Assembly (NCBI GenBank): GCA_049642065.1
Contig: JBAROK010000027.1
Span: 14,398 to 78,397, forward strand
DNA: 64,000 nucleotides
Source: Candidatus Omnitrophota bacterium
GTDB lineage: Bacteria > Omnitrophota > Gorgyraeia > Tantalellales > Tantalellaceae
Direction of reading: 5' to 3'
The position numbers were made by a program, and so were the translations under genes. Below are positions 28,701-40,000 of the stretch, piece by piece. Every line of letters starts with the position of its first letter. The first letter of the stretch is position 1. Under the pieces are notes generated by a model. The model was not told the origin of the DNA, searched no databases, and saw only the letters and a program-made list of their open reading frames with translations.

Positions 28701-30760
28701 ATCTTAGCATGTTTTCTGTATATTACAAGTCTGGCGATAATTATAAGAGCTAATGAAAGCCCGAACCACGGTATAGGCAGGAACATCGACAGCGCAACAG
28801 AGACCGCTACTGCAACTCCTATAGTAAACAAAAAGTTTTTCCAGCCACTCCAGTGTTTGATAAGAAGTACAGCAAAAAGCGTAATAGGCAGTACCATGGC
28901 TATACCCACGGTAACAATATTAACAGGAAGCACGAGATAGAATATTCCGGATAAGGCTAGAGCGGCCCCAAAAGTGAAAAATATGGATTTCCAGTTAATA
29001 AGGCGCAGCTTTTCACGCAATGATAATTTGTATCTTATCGGTGCTTCTTTCTTATCCTTTATCTTTTCCTCCGGCCTGGCGGTGTCTGATCTTTCTGGCG
29101 CTTCTATTCTATCTTCATCTTTCTGGGAAGCAAAGACAGGCTCTTTTACTATGTCTATTATCCCGTACAGTTTATCAATAACGGCCCTGATATGCTCATC
29201 CTCTTTAAGTAAGCCCGCGCCGGAATTCTGGTTCATAAAAGTTTCATGCTTTTTAAGTAATTCTCGGATAACTTCTTTTAGCTTCTCCATCTCCTGCGGC
29301 GGAAAATTGCTATCGAGGTCTTTTTTACCGATTATTTTCTCAGCCTTACTCCATATCATTTCCATCTCCCATATCCAGCTGAGCCTGGCAAACACAAACT
29401 GGTATTCTTCCTGCAAAGCACGTAAAGTTTTCATAGCGCTTTTGCGTCCGCCCGGGACAAGGCGCGATTGCTTGAGCGTATATTGCCTTCTTATCCATTC
29501 AAAATATTGTTTGTACAGCGTGAAAAAATGTGATGCTTGCTGCGGGCCGTCTTTCTCCATAAAATCCCGCTGCTTGAATTCGTCTAATTTCTCTTCGACC
29601 TTCATGCTATCGGTAACCTCTTCCGAGAAAGAAGCACATTTATCCCATATGACCTTTTTCAGCACCAGTGACAGTTCACCATCCCTGTGACCAGGTTCTC
29701 TGTCACCTTCCATGGCCTCATAGTTCTCCGGAAACAGCTTAGCTTGTATGGCTCTTGACCTTTCGTGCCCGAAATACGGACAGATCATTTCGTGGAGCAG
29801 ATACTCATGCAATAAAGATTCATCCCTTTCAACAGAGTCAAGCACTTGTGCGGAAAGACCTATCGTACCCGGATACCTTTCGCCTAATTTCATGAATACA
29901 GTATCCGTTAATCCTCCCCTGCGAGTTAATCCGGTCAAGGGTTTTCCAGACTGTGCCATAGTATTGAATCCCAGAAGCCAGCTGCGCGCCATAGTTGGAT
30001 TTTCTTCATCAAGCAAAACTACCGAATTAAACTCCAGCAAGTCACAGGAAGAAGAGTTTTCTATCGCCGCTTGCAGTTTTGATCTCGTCCATTCATCTAT
30101 CTTTGATTTTTCTATTTTCCTTGATAACCTTTTCTGTATACCCGGCATACGAATCCTGACCGAGCTTCTTACCTTTTCCGGAGGCGTGGGATCATTTACA
30201 AGCGCTTCATAGAGTTTAACGGCATCATCCTGATTCGCTACTCTTGATACAAACCCGCGATCAGCCGGACGTCTCAGCACTACCTGCCGGTGTAAGTATT
30301 CGCCTATTTCTTTATTTTCAAGCACCTCACAAGAAAAACCCGGATCGTTGGATCCGGGTATTTTAGGATTATAATATCTTATTCTGCAGGGGCCGAAATC
30401 AATAATGACCTCGCCAGAAGCTTCTGACCCTGCTACTTCAGGCCATTGCCTCAAGAAGCCTGCCGGTATTTCATGAGTGCTTTTTACCTGCTCAAGGGCT
30501 TCCGCTGCGCAGCCTTTCATGCTGAACAGGTTTCTGTTATCTGGATCTTCTTCGAATGTAGCAAGTGAATCTGTAAGATATCGGGTAAGTGAGTGCAAAA
30601 AACTATCGTCTTGTTTAGCGGGATCAAAAAAGGTTTGAGGCTGAAGATGTGTTCTATGAACCATATCAGGATTAGCCCATACTACACCCTGCCAGACCAA
30701 CAAGATGCTCAACATAAAGGCTACTAATTTTATGGATTTTCTCTTAGATAATTCCCACAT
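25724..30760 (-). CDS. Giant secreted/membrane protein (1678 aa), paralogue of the 41730-45611 gene. Modules: signal peptide with a conserved N-terminal module, a 4-TM block, a TPR-like segment, a tandemly duplicated ~140-aa 4-TM module, and a conserved C-terminal ~190-aa module.
   Basis: The N-terminal 150 aa and C-terminal 190 aa align residue by residue with the 1293-aa protein (for example WQGVVWA.PD, ESDPDNRNLF, GPCxIRYYN; and LALDLE(L/I)GEGEIN...IRTMLARA). The TPR-like sequence is SDYYALGRAEFFWHHYSSAEEAFAKAIELLPE. Confidence 0.7.
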   Translation of the reverse strand: MWELSKRKSIKLVAFMLSILLVWQGVVWANPDMVHRTHLQPQTFFDPAKQDDSFLHSLTRYLTDSLATFEEDPDNRNLFSMKGCAAEALEQVKSTHEIPAGFLRQWPEVAGSEASGEVIIDFGPCRIRYYNPKIPGSNDPGFSCEVLENKEIGEYLHRQVVLRRPADRGFVSRVANQDDAVKLYEALVNDPTPPEKVRSSVRIRMPGIQKRLSRKIEKSKIDEWTRSKLQAAIENSSSCDLLEFNSVVLLDEENPTMARSWLLGFNTMAQSGKPLTGLTRRGGLTDTVFMKLGERYPGTIGLSAQVLDSVERDESLLHEYLLHEMICPYFGHERSRAIQAKLFPENYEAMEGDREPGHRDGELSLVLKKVIWDKCASFSEEVTDSMKVEEKLDEFKQRDFMEKDGPQQASHFFTLYKQYFEWIRRQYTLKQSRLVPGGRKSAMKTLRALQEEYQFVFARLSWIWEMEMIWSKAEKIIGKKDLDSNFPPQEMEKLKEVIRELLKKHETFMNQNSGAGLLKEDEHIRAVIDKLYGIIDIVKEPVFASQKDEDRIEAPERSDTARPEEKIKDKKEAPIRYKLSLREKLRLINWKSIFFTFGAALALSGIFYLVLPVNIVTVGIAMVLPITLFAVLLIKHWSGWKNFLFTIGVAVAVSVALSMFLPIPWFGLSLALIIIARLVIYRKHAKMQTRGVPQAQKSKTEGKEEKGAKAEDDLDDPQKREDAIKAMKYAYRAVHISFDLLQYIMKIIKLMFGFQKEADKSKDEDGKKKDGDDEKAKPEARLDTRNVLDAIFRLDASDHTGDISKVKEELRPIVFSILKELEWGFSLQLEVKKLKNWVDEEYEELAKALQEIAQEVSQRVASRSTGEESRKEMLAVNELISEYCDIAPTTFLKVRQYLILLIIRDDVNSKEMSGSVEASDYYALGRAEFFWHHYSSAEEAFAKAIELLPEGDCKVKEYYLAYGIVEHYIKKWDSAVEKYRISLHLREEEMKARKPIEEILPEEMLGVKELTHEDRKRFEEINKLRRKLTQELLWKAGQKKTIKGDKHDEKKSTGGKEGSAALYFIKRIVDPDSSFWEYARDTAPRVEERVFTLAPFVIFATLIATGTIGVTWAIIGMAAVYTLFVVLHTLNIWKAPEGSGLWEKLIYAFKAPFSIVAFNFIVTSVFSSTLGHGARTQWPGEALVAAVFFLTVIAYAFAQIRHENINKEVLKNAPILPGRAPYTFGPEAPGALKLMKKLVDPDTPFWMYALETAPRAEERVFTLIPFGILSSLMAAGVMGIGWVMITMGAVYSLFVAMHIPNIKDAPKEIGIWGKLRYAFKAPLEVSIFNYIVVTVFGNGLNHMVCAEWPTTALVIAVFLFSVIFYAFGMLRHENVNKEAIDSMKTSNPNYSEETKYAAAAIGEDDSEKKKPQEEITIPIKYIDSEGFKVPVNTPKTLDQSSADNAAITKKKIQTGEEPEEAAKILANAGKAIPCLVNALIAASKKNGKVVLALDLELGEGEINALLRKLIKVLPTIEGNNDDLERFFKNLEIIKGEGGTLARRVANITDPSKGKVAPENLIVITRSENTKYYQGLEGQATIAAVDDNEFSGSAYLPLLEIMLFAVGKYLNWDEATLKKHYQMIPNVVSSADLSAEDYAMLFGKDKGLMVIRLIPNATEFDKNELRELMDSIRTMLARA
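26627..27565 (-). repeat. Intragenic tandem duplication encoding two ~140-aa multi-TM modules inside the 1678-aa gene
   Basis: Module 1 (aa ~1066-1207) reads IKRIVDPDSSFWEYARDTAPRVEERVFTLAPF...RHENINKEV. Module 2 (aa ~1236-1378) reads MKKLVDPDTPFWMYALETAPRAEERVFTLIPF...RHENVNKEA. Matching motifs appear in the same order in both, and the ends align (RHENINKEV / RHENVNKEA). Confidence 0.6.
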
Positions 30761-31016
30761 ATCTACACAAATACACCTACCCCTCGTCGGCTTTTTTTAG
30801 CTTTAACAAAGTGGCTGTATTACACTTTTTGATTTCTTAACTTAAGCTGTCATGAAAGATAATAACATTAAATATAAGTATAATCAACCCTTATATCTAG
30901 CTTTTTTGATTTTAACGACGTGGGCTTAGAGTTTTGCGGATAATTACGGAGGTATAATTGGATGAATTATTGCTATAAGTGAACTAAAAGAAAAGATTTA
31001 CATCATATATAAAAAT

Positions 31017-31046
31017 ATAGGGGTAGATATATTAGTCTACCCCTAT
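31017..31046 (-). terminator. Hairpin terminator immediately downstream of the 3486-aa gene stop
   Basis: ATAGGGGTAGA-tatattag-TCTACCCCTAT. An 11-bp perfect stem located 29 nt after the stop, followed on the minus strand by a T/A-rich tract. Confidence 0.5.
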
Positions 31047-31074
31047 CAATAATAAATATATATTCCTGTATATA

Positions 31075-34000
31075 TTACAGCGATACTGCTACCGCTTCCT
31101 GCATCATCTGCCAGTCACGGATCTCTTCGTAATCCACTGCCCGTATCTTTAGGAATAATCTATCAAGTAAAGTATTCAAGTCGTTCACTCCAGCTAACTG
31201 CTCCGCTATCTCTGCGCCTGATATCCGCGTCAAAAGATCCTTGATGTAATCAAGTCCCATGCGTTTGGCATCAGGATTAGTAGAATTCAAGCAAAAAGCT
31301 ATCTGTCTTGCCAATACAAAACGGACTGCTATGTCCGGGGGCCTCATCCCACCAGTCTCGGGATTAATCCCATCCGTGTAAGCGTCTTTAACGAATGTGA
31401 TCCGTTCTTTATCCCTGTATTCTTTAAACTCATCGGTCGTATCTACAGTATCCACCATCTCCAGCCCTTTCATCTGAGGCGTATAAGAAACTATCCTTCC
31501 GCCTTCAGGGAGTGTCCGATTAGCGTTATCAAGAGCCTTCTTGTATTCTTTAGCTGTAGCTTGCATGTTTCCAGGCATGATCTTGAATGTTATTATCTGC
31601 TGGTTATCCGGCTTAATACCGAACTTGGCCTTCACTTCTGAATTCATGTCACGTACACCTCTTTCAACGGTCTGGAAAGCGGCATGGTCTTCAAGATTAT
31701 ACACAACTCCTACTACTATCCTTACAGGATCACTTCTTCTTTCTATTTCTTCACCAGCTGCTACTGCGACCACTTGGCGAGCTTCTACATTATCACCTAT
31801 AGCAGCTCCTTCCGGTGCTCCGGCAACTATCTCCGCCGCCTCGCCCGGAGTTACAGCAGCTTCTGTAAGCAGAGCCAGTTGATATTCTTTTGCTTTCATG
31901 TTAATAAAATTCCTTAACTTATTCTTGAGCGTATTCCTGCCAAAGATCTTACCCTGGATAGAATTCTCCCTGTCAGTTTTTCCGTATATCTCCCCATGAC
32001 TGTAATCCATTTCGTACATTTCGTGAAAGATAAACTCGGCAAGTTCAATTGGATCAAGTGTTTCTACAAGTTCAGCCGATAGCCCTATTTTACCGGTCAC
32101 TTCAGGCGCAAGGAGAGCATCATCTCCCATACTGAACCCAAGAAGATAATTCTCTTCGCCTTCAACTTTCGTATTAAAAAGATACATATTATCTATAATG
32201 CTTGATCTTAACTCCCCCTTATCTTCATCGCTCATGTCAACCGTCCCTACCATATTCTGTACCATCGTCATTATTCCAGGATCGTCATCCGGCAGGCCGC
32301 CGCTTCTCATCTTATCGAACAATTTATCGAATGCCGAATCTATTTTGTTCCTGAGCGATTTATTCATAGCGACCTGATCCCCGACAAGGCTTTTAAGATC
32401 ATCCATTGTGCGAACGTTATCCATGAATTCGCCTAAAGCCCCATTACTCACCAAGGCAGGTTTAATAGCACGTACAGCAGTACGTGCAGCGGCTGGACTA
32501 AGATTGTCCCGTAATCTTGCTATTTCTCCTTCGAGTTCAGAAATAGCCTTTGCTACTGGATCTACATATCCGACAGTGTATTTCGTGTACGGTTGTTCGC
32601 GTTCTCTCAAGAGAACAAGATGCGCTTTTAGTATTCTGACATCCATCGCCGTATACTGCTTCTCTTTACCCTTCTTTAGCGCCGTCATCCTTTCCGTTTT
32701 GGTAGCATCAGGTCCCGTAGCAATATTTAAATATTCACGCAGCATTTTCAATATCTCATCTTTATCGGTGACAAGATCCACAAGAGGTTTCGCAAGCACC
32801 GTCTCTTGATGCCCATACTGAGTGAGATCTACGATTCTCTCTCTCACAGCATTCAGTACCCGCTTGCCGTTATCGACGGCATCTTTATTTATGCCACCCA
32901 GTTCAGCAGTAGGATCTTGTATCCCGGCGTCCGCCATAGCCATTTTAATGGTCTTCTTTCCAGCCACAGTTTTTCTGAATTTGTCGTATTCTTGCATTGC
33001 GGTCTTATCTACATGCTCTTCCAGTTTACTCTGCCAATCTTTTGGCATGCCGAACTGGCCTTTCTTTAACTGAGCGTCCATCTGCTGTTCCGTAAGCTGT
33101 ATAGCCCTAAGCACCAGCGGAAGATTAGAATTAAGAAAATCAAGACCTTCGCCCCTATAGACCTGGAATCCATATCCTCCATCCGCTTCGCTCTTTTCAA
33201 GGTCACCAAGTATTGTTACAACTTGGTCTGGCGTCATCTTTAGAACGGTACGGTCCACTCTTGCCATATCACTATTCAAAAAGGAAAATACCTGTGGGGT
33301 ATTGGTGGCCACGTTCACTGCCATCCGCCTTAATGTCGTAACCCCCATATTGTTCTTAAGTGTCTTATACCCGTATCGCTCGCTCTTCATCTCATCCAGA
33401 ATTTCAGACTCCTGTTCCTCATTAAGACCCCATCTTTCAAGTCTCGTTTGTTCCATCTTTAATGCACCATGCGCTGTATTTATTGCATCAGCGTTTTCTG
33501 GCGCAGCCGCCAGCCGGGCATCCTTTATTATTTCTAACGCTTCCTCTATAGTCCCCGCTTTCTTAAAAGCCATTTCTAACAGCGTAGTCTTCGATGAGGT
33601 AAGCGTAAGATAATCCGTCTTAAGCCCATATTTATCTACAATCTCTTTCCTCTCCTCTATAGTTGCCGGATTGCTTATCATGAGATTCACGGGTGCTTTA
33701 TCACTATAGATATCTACACCCCAGTTCACGAGCCTATCTATAAACACCTTTAATGCTTCAAAGCCTGCTTCACCTTGATAGCCACTAAAAGGTTTTATAT
33801 CACGGCCCGTCAATGACTGGACCGCCTCTTCTGTAGAAGTAGACCCAATAATAAAAGCTCTTTTTCTTGCGGCTCTCATTTGGAGTTCATCACTGGTTTT
33901 TGTAAGCATATCCAACCCGGTACCGGTGGTAAATATATCGTAACCAAGCGCTCTGTCGGTTAGCCGCGCGCGCGTTTTAAGCTCATCTAGCTCCACAGCC

Positions 34001-37000
34001 ATAAGTTGTTTGCCCAGAGTTGACTCTGGCTCTACCTGAAGAGCCTTGAGAATAGTTCCAACATCCTTAGCATTCTGTATATGGTCTCGCCTTAAATCAT
34101 CGAACTGGCTTATCCTTTCCTGCACATCAAAATACTGTTTTTCCAAATCTGAAGCGTCTTCTCTAACTCCAAGCATATCCAGAGCGCTCTTCTCCCTGAG
34201 CACTGCGTTCTTCAATACTATATCTGCCGGAATAGGCATTGTCCTGCTTAGCCCGTCTCGGTTCAATTCTCCACCTTCTTCTATAGCAATCTGGACAACA
34301 TTACTTGATGCATCAAGCATCCTGCGCGCACGGGCAGCTTCATCAAAATATTCTTTCTTCCGATTTTCTACTTCGCTTCTAAGGTCGCGCACAAATTCAT
34401 CTTCTTTACTCGTATAATTCATAAGGTCTTTTTTCATGTCTGTAGTAGTAGCTTGATCCCTGTGTGCTGCGTCGGTTATCCTGCTTCTAACGTTTTCTAC
34501 ACTATTAGTACCGGTAAAATACTGATGTGCTTCATTTAACTTACCCATATCCCCGGTTTCCTTATAATTATCAAAAGCGCCTTTAGCGCTATCAAACATT
34601 TGCTGCATGATCGCCATATCTACCATATGAAGAAGCACCGGGTTATCAAAATCTATCATTTCAGGCCTGTCTGCGGCCATATTTATTAAAGCATCTTGAA
34701 TAGGTTTAGCGTATGGAGCATCGGACTCTTTTTGAGCCAGTTCCTGTGACCGCATCCTCTCATAAAGCACACGCGCCCCTTCGGTTAATTGCGCATATTC
34801 CTCATCCAAAAGCGTCTCTATAGGAAGGGTATACCTTCTGTATGCTGCCCAGTTCTCCGCTGCAAGGTCATTTTCTATCAAAGATCCAGCGAATTCTTCT
34901 GCAAACTTTATCAATGCTATTTCCGCATTGGCCTTCTCAATCTCGTACTGAAATCTGGAAATTTTATCAGTACCCAGAAAATCTGAAGCGGGAAAACGCG
35001 AGAGATAAATAAGTCCTTTTGTTCTTGCCTGCTGAAAAGTACCACGATCTGCCATTATCAAACGACCGTATACATGATCCTTGCCTAATGCTTTATCCAT
35101 CCAGTAATATAATCCCAGCACCCTGAACAACCTATCCTGTAATATCGGAGAAGCCGCTTTGGCCTCCGCGAGCATATCTGCTACCATCGTAAGCCATGCT
35201 CTCTCTTTGTCGGCAGTTCGCATCCTCGCCAGGGTTCCCTCTATTTGGACTTTTAATTTTCTGGCCCGTTCCGCCATGACCATGTCTAGCACTCTTTCAA
35301 ATACTTTTTTGGATTTTGCCAACACGATGGGCTTGCGCCATGGCTGAAACTTTAAATTTCCCCATTGTCCGTACCATGGACCTGGCGCTTTCTCGTTTCC
35401 CTCTAAGGCCCACGCCAGTCTATCTACACGGCGTACCACATCTCTATGTCTCTGGTAGACATCTTCTACGGCCTTGTCTGCCGCATCCAGATTCTTTATG
35501 GTATCAATGTCCGCCCCCAGAAACTCCATTTGTCCCGCTGTGTTTCTGTATCTATTTCCTGCTATATCAGATAGTTGTCGTTCAAGATATTCCAGCTCAC
35601 CGTCATTCATCTCCTCTAATGATCTTACTCTTTTTAAGTTACTGCGCGCGGTCGCGGGGCTTTCTGTCGCAATAGCGTTAATAACTGACTTTGCGGCTTC
35701 AACTTCTTCTGGTGTGGCAGGTGGCAATTTGTTTACGGCTATTGCATAGGAATACGCTTCTCCCAGCGTGATAGTGGGTCTTGCTGGAACAATCTCGGGT
35801 TCAAGTAGCCCTTCTTCTCGAGCCGCGGCACGTTTAAGTTCATTCACCTGATCCAGCGATATAACATCCGTAAATCTGCTCACAACTTCTACCGGACCAC
35901 CCAAATTATCCGAAAGATCCTTCATTTCATGATCACTAAGCCCAAAATATAATTTAACGACGTCCAATATATCTTTGTCGCTCTGATATGCACCCATCAA
36001 AGCGAACGTTTCTCTTCGAGCCCTTATCAAAGAATTTACCAGGCCTGCAACATTATTGGCCTGCCGCGTGTTAACCTGAATAGGCTCGACTATTTCCATG
36101 ACAAGCCCTTCTCTTGTTATTTTATCGCCAGCTTTTACTGTGTCTGATTTTTTGCCGTAAGGTTCGGCTGTTATTTTCCTTATATGTTTATCCGCAAGTT
36201 CATCCCCGAACAATGCTTTATATTCCGCGTCCGAATAACCTCTTTCCTGCACTACTGTCATTGTGACATCAGTTATTTTTTCGCCATCCGTTGCTAGGTC
36301 GAACCTGGTTGATTCACCGCGGAATGCTCCGGCATTATATGCGGCTATGCTCATTCCCGCTGTCATGATGTTAAGATCGTTGATAACAGTATATTTATAT
36401 GTGTCTGCTTCGGTTTGTGTTATCTCTTCTATTTGCGCGGCCCTATCGATATTCTCTATCATCTGGTCCCTTATACCTTCAATAAGCTTAGCGTAAAGTC
36501 CTTTGTTGAGCTTACCTCCTATCGTACATAATTCCGATAATTCGTGAAGTTTGCCGAGCAGACCATTGTTAGCAGTTACCCTGGTAAAAGCGTCCATGAA
36601 TTTCTCGGCCGCTGCTGTGTTGTCAGCTATTTCTGTCATCGTCATGACCGCCTGTTCTGGATTAGAAAAATCTATATCCTGGTAATCATGGTATGCGATA
36701 TTATTGACTATTCTTGACTTACCATCCGCTCCAAACAATCCTCTCACGAGGGGATCCAGTGTATCCGAGTCCAGGTATTTTGTAGCTGCCGCTCCATGTC
36801 CCGCTTTTAAATCATCCACATCACCGAATATCCCCAATCCAGCATTAGCATTCCTTATGTTACCGGCCATAGTGTCATGCATCATAAGAGCTACCCTGGA
36901 TTCGAGTAAAAGCTCTGGTGTAATGAACCTGGAATTATATTCATCCTGACTGATCTTACCATCCCTCCGCGCCATCGCTAATGCCCCGTTATAGTTTGCG

Positions 37001-40000
37001 GCCATAGCCTCAACCTTATCTGAATTTATAATAGCGTGTATAGCGCCGTTTGATCCCCTCAATCTGTTACCTCCGGATCCATACGCCATTTTTACTTTAA
37101 CAGGATTGCCTTTTTCATCCAGTTTCACGTCCCCTGCCTCATCGGTTACCGTAACCTCTGCTACTCCTCCCTTCTGAGCAACATATGTATTTAATGAAAA
37201 ACTCAATAGATCAACGAACTGGCGCGCATCCGTTTCCTCAAGTGCCTTGGGATTATTAGATTCCCGGTCCCACATACGGCTCTGGAGATAAAGATCTATC
37301 ATTCTCTCAAGTGAGGCTTTAATTATATCCCCTTCGTCATTTATCGAACGATCATACCGCAAGAGTCCTCTTGTATTATATATATTCAGGATCCCGTCGA
37401 TCGTCGTAGATAATGCGTTTTTAAAGGATTCTAAGTTTCGTTTTCTCTCTGATTCGCGATCTAAAACTTCTCTGTCTCGCCTCACTGCTTCAGCCACGGC
37501 TCTATCAAATCCTATAGTGAACATTCCCAGTTTTCCCTGCAGGTCTTCCAGTTCGTTACTATTAGTCATCTGTACGTTGACAAGCGAATTTAATGTTTTG
37601 AAATCCAATTTGCCTGTTTCTGCCCCAACTCGTAAAAGAGTCGCATCAGTTATCTTGCCTGCATCCACGCTAAAAGATACTAATTCTTTCTCTTCATCCA
37701 TAAGATCTTTAAGGATCGGGATTACAGACTTGCGGTAAGATGCCCCCAATGTATCCATCATCTCATCGAAGGTCGCTGTACCCTTGTTCATAAGGTCTTC
37801 TACCTTAGCAATACCCCTGTCTCTCGCTTGCCTATCTCTATCATCTCTTATTTTTATCTTTTTGGCGGCGGCCAGAGCTTCAACAAGCAAGTCACTTAGA
37901 TCCCTGCCCGTTGGCACCTTGTTAACACTCACTATTCCCGCGTCTATAAGATCTTTAAGCGCGCTGGCCTGATCTCGCCCTATAGGACCTACCACATCGT
38001 ATCTTGCTCCAATATCCACACGCTGTTTCTTCTCCTCGCGATCGCCTACAACTTCATCAACCGCAGCAAAAAACTTATCCCGAAGATCTCGTCTCCCTTC
38101 AAAAACCCTGTTAAGCGTCTCTTCTGACATAACCATTACCCGCATGGGAGAATCCGCTACCACGTCGGCATTTCTTCTTGTCTTGTGTATCAAGGCTATC
38201 TCTCCAATAAGCTGGCCGCGACCATTGTCCGTGCTAAAAACCGTTTTTGTGCCGGCTTCACCTATGAGCGGATAATCCACTCTATACCCTCCCGAAAGAA
38301 CAAAATACGCAGATCTGTCATTAGGATCTCCTGCGTTTATAAAAGTTTCTCCTTCCTGAAAATATGTAACTCCAAGATTATTCTTCATGCTTTCAATTAA
38401 TTTAGTTTGGTCTTCTTCGGATAGTGCTGCAAAAAAATCATGCAGATCGGTACCTTCTACCATGAAAGCGCTGCGAATTATCTCAGCGCTGCCTGCGGTG
38501 CTCATTGCGCCTACACGTGGCCCTTCCTTAGCGAACAATAATCGTGCCTGCTCCGGGCTCAGTTTCTGATTACGCATCATCATTTGAGCAGCCTCAGTTA
38601 TATTCTGAGCTATGTCAGTTTTACCCGACAAGAGATTCCTTCTTACCCTTTGAAACGCTATTGCAAGGTTGGACGCTTGCGCGGGATCTAATTGTCCCGC
38701 TAGTACAGCCAGTACAGCGCTATTTCCCGCAAGTTCCGCAGTAAACTCAGCATTATTGAGCCTGGTAATTATATAATTCCTTAAAGCCTGATCTGCATCC
38801 GAGAAGAAATCCCCTATATCACTAAACCTTTCCGCTTTCCCAAATCCAAGTGCTTCTAACTCATCACGCAACTGTTCATAAAATACTAGAAGGCTCGTAA
38901 GGTTTTCGACAACTTTACTCGTTTTCTCCCCTTTATCTATGTTACCCAGCAAAGCACCCCTAAAACCGTTCTGTGCAAAAGTAATCGGCGAATAATTAGT
39001 GGGACCAAGCATGAAATTATTGAGAAGTTGACATGTGTGTCTGGCACCTCGCCCTAAGTCATCTATACTCTTCTTGTCCGTTCGCTCAGCGCCCAGGTTA
39101 ATATTTCTTACCATTCTTTCTATGGTTTCATTCATTTTGTTTACAAGAACACCCGCTTCCGGACTGGCGGGGGCAGTATAATCCCTATCCACCTCAAGTC
39201 TTTGAGCCTCGGTCATTCCCCAAACCGCCGCGGTAACGACTTCCCCGACATCATTTCTCTTTTTCAGTGGAGTTTTACCTTCAAGAAGCTTATCTCGCCT
39301 GTTGTTACGTTTATAAGCTTCTTCTACCTCTTTGGACAGAAAATGGTCACCATAGATACCTCCCACTATCTCGTGTAGTATTGTGGCACGACCCTCTTTT
39401 GTGATCTTACCGTCCGGACCAATGAATTTAGCGTTTATACGTATACCATACCCTCCCGGCGTGCCGTCGAAATCTACACCTTCAACAGTACGTACAAGAG
39501 ATTCGTCTGTAATGAAACTCTTCCCTGTAAGACCTTTTACTATTGTTGACACATCGTCATCAGGCGGCACACCCATAGCTTCCATAAACGGAAGAAGGTC
39601 GTTATTTATGATTTCATCGATCTCAGGGATATCCTGGAAAGCGTCAGGGTTTTCTTCGTTTAATTTTTCCATTTGAGCGTCTGTTTCACGCTCATGCACC
39701 TTGTGCAGGAGTGCCCTTATCGGCTCTACCGTAACGGGGCCCGTCTTCCAGCGGATAACGATAGAATCGCCTTTTTTCTCTATCGCATCCACTGCATTTC
39801 CTTCTGGTATCGCTTTCTGGTTTTCCGCAACGATCAATACGGCCGCCTTGAAAGCATCTATACTCCTTCGGTCCCAAACATCCTCCCCTAAAGAAGAAAG
39901 ATAACTGGCTATTTGTATCAGAGACGCCGGTGCCAGCATCTCATACATGATTTCGTACATCCCGAACCTTTTCCCTTCCAATAAATCAAAATACGGACAT

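Noticed and set aside
26052-29690. Multiple 80-240-aa plus-strand ORFs inside the 1678-aa gene (for example 26052-26594, 28974-29690)
   Set aside because: They are Ser/Leu/Phe-rich antisense shadow ORFs of a long, coherent minus-strand coding region with conserved paralogous ends.
30761-31074. 314-bp AT-rich gap between giant genes examined for an ncRNA, tRNA or mobile-element remnant
   Set aside because: No tRNA-like structure, no inverted terminal repeats and no transposase fragments were found. The content is explained by the terminator of the upstream gene plus the promoter and 5' UTR of the downstream giant gene. The only coding potential is a 6-codon ORF (MNYCYK).
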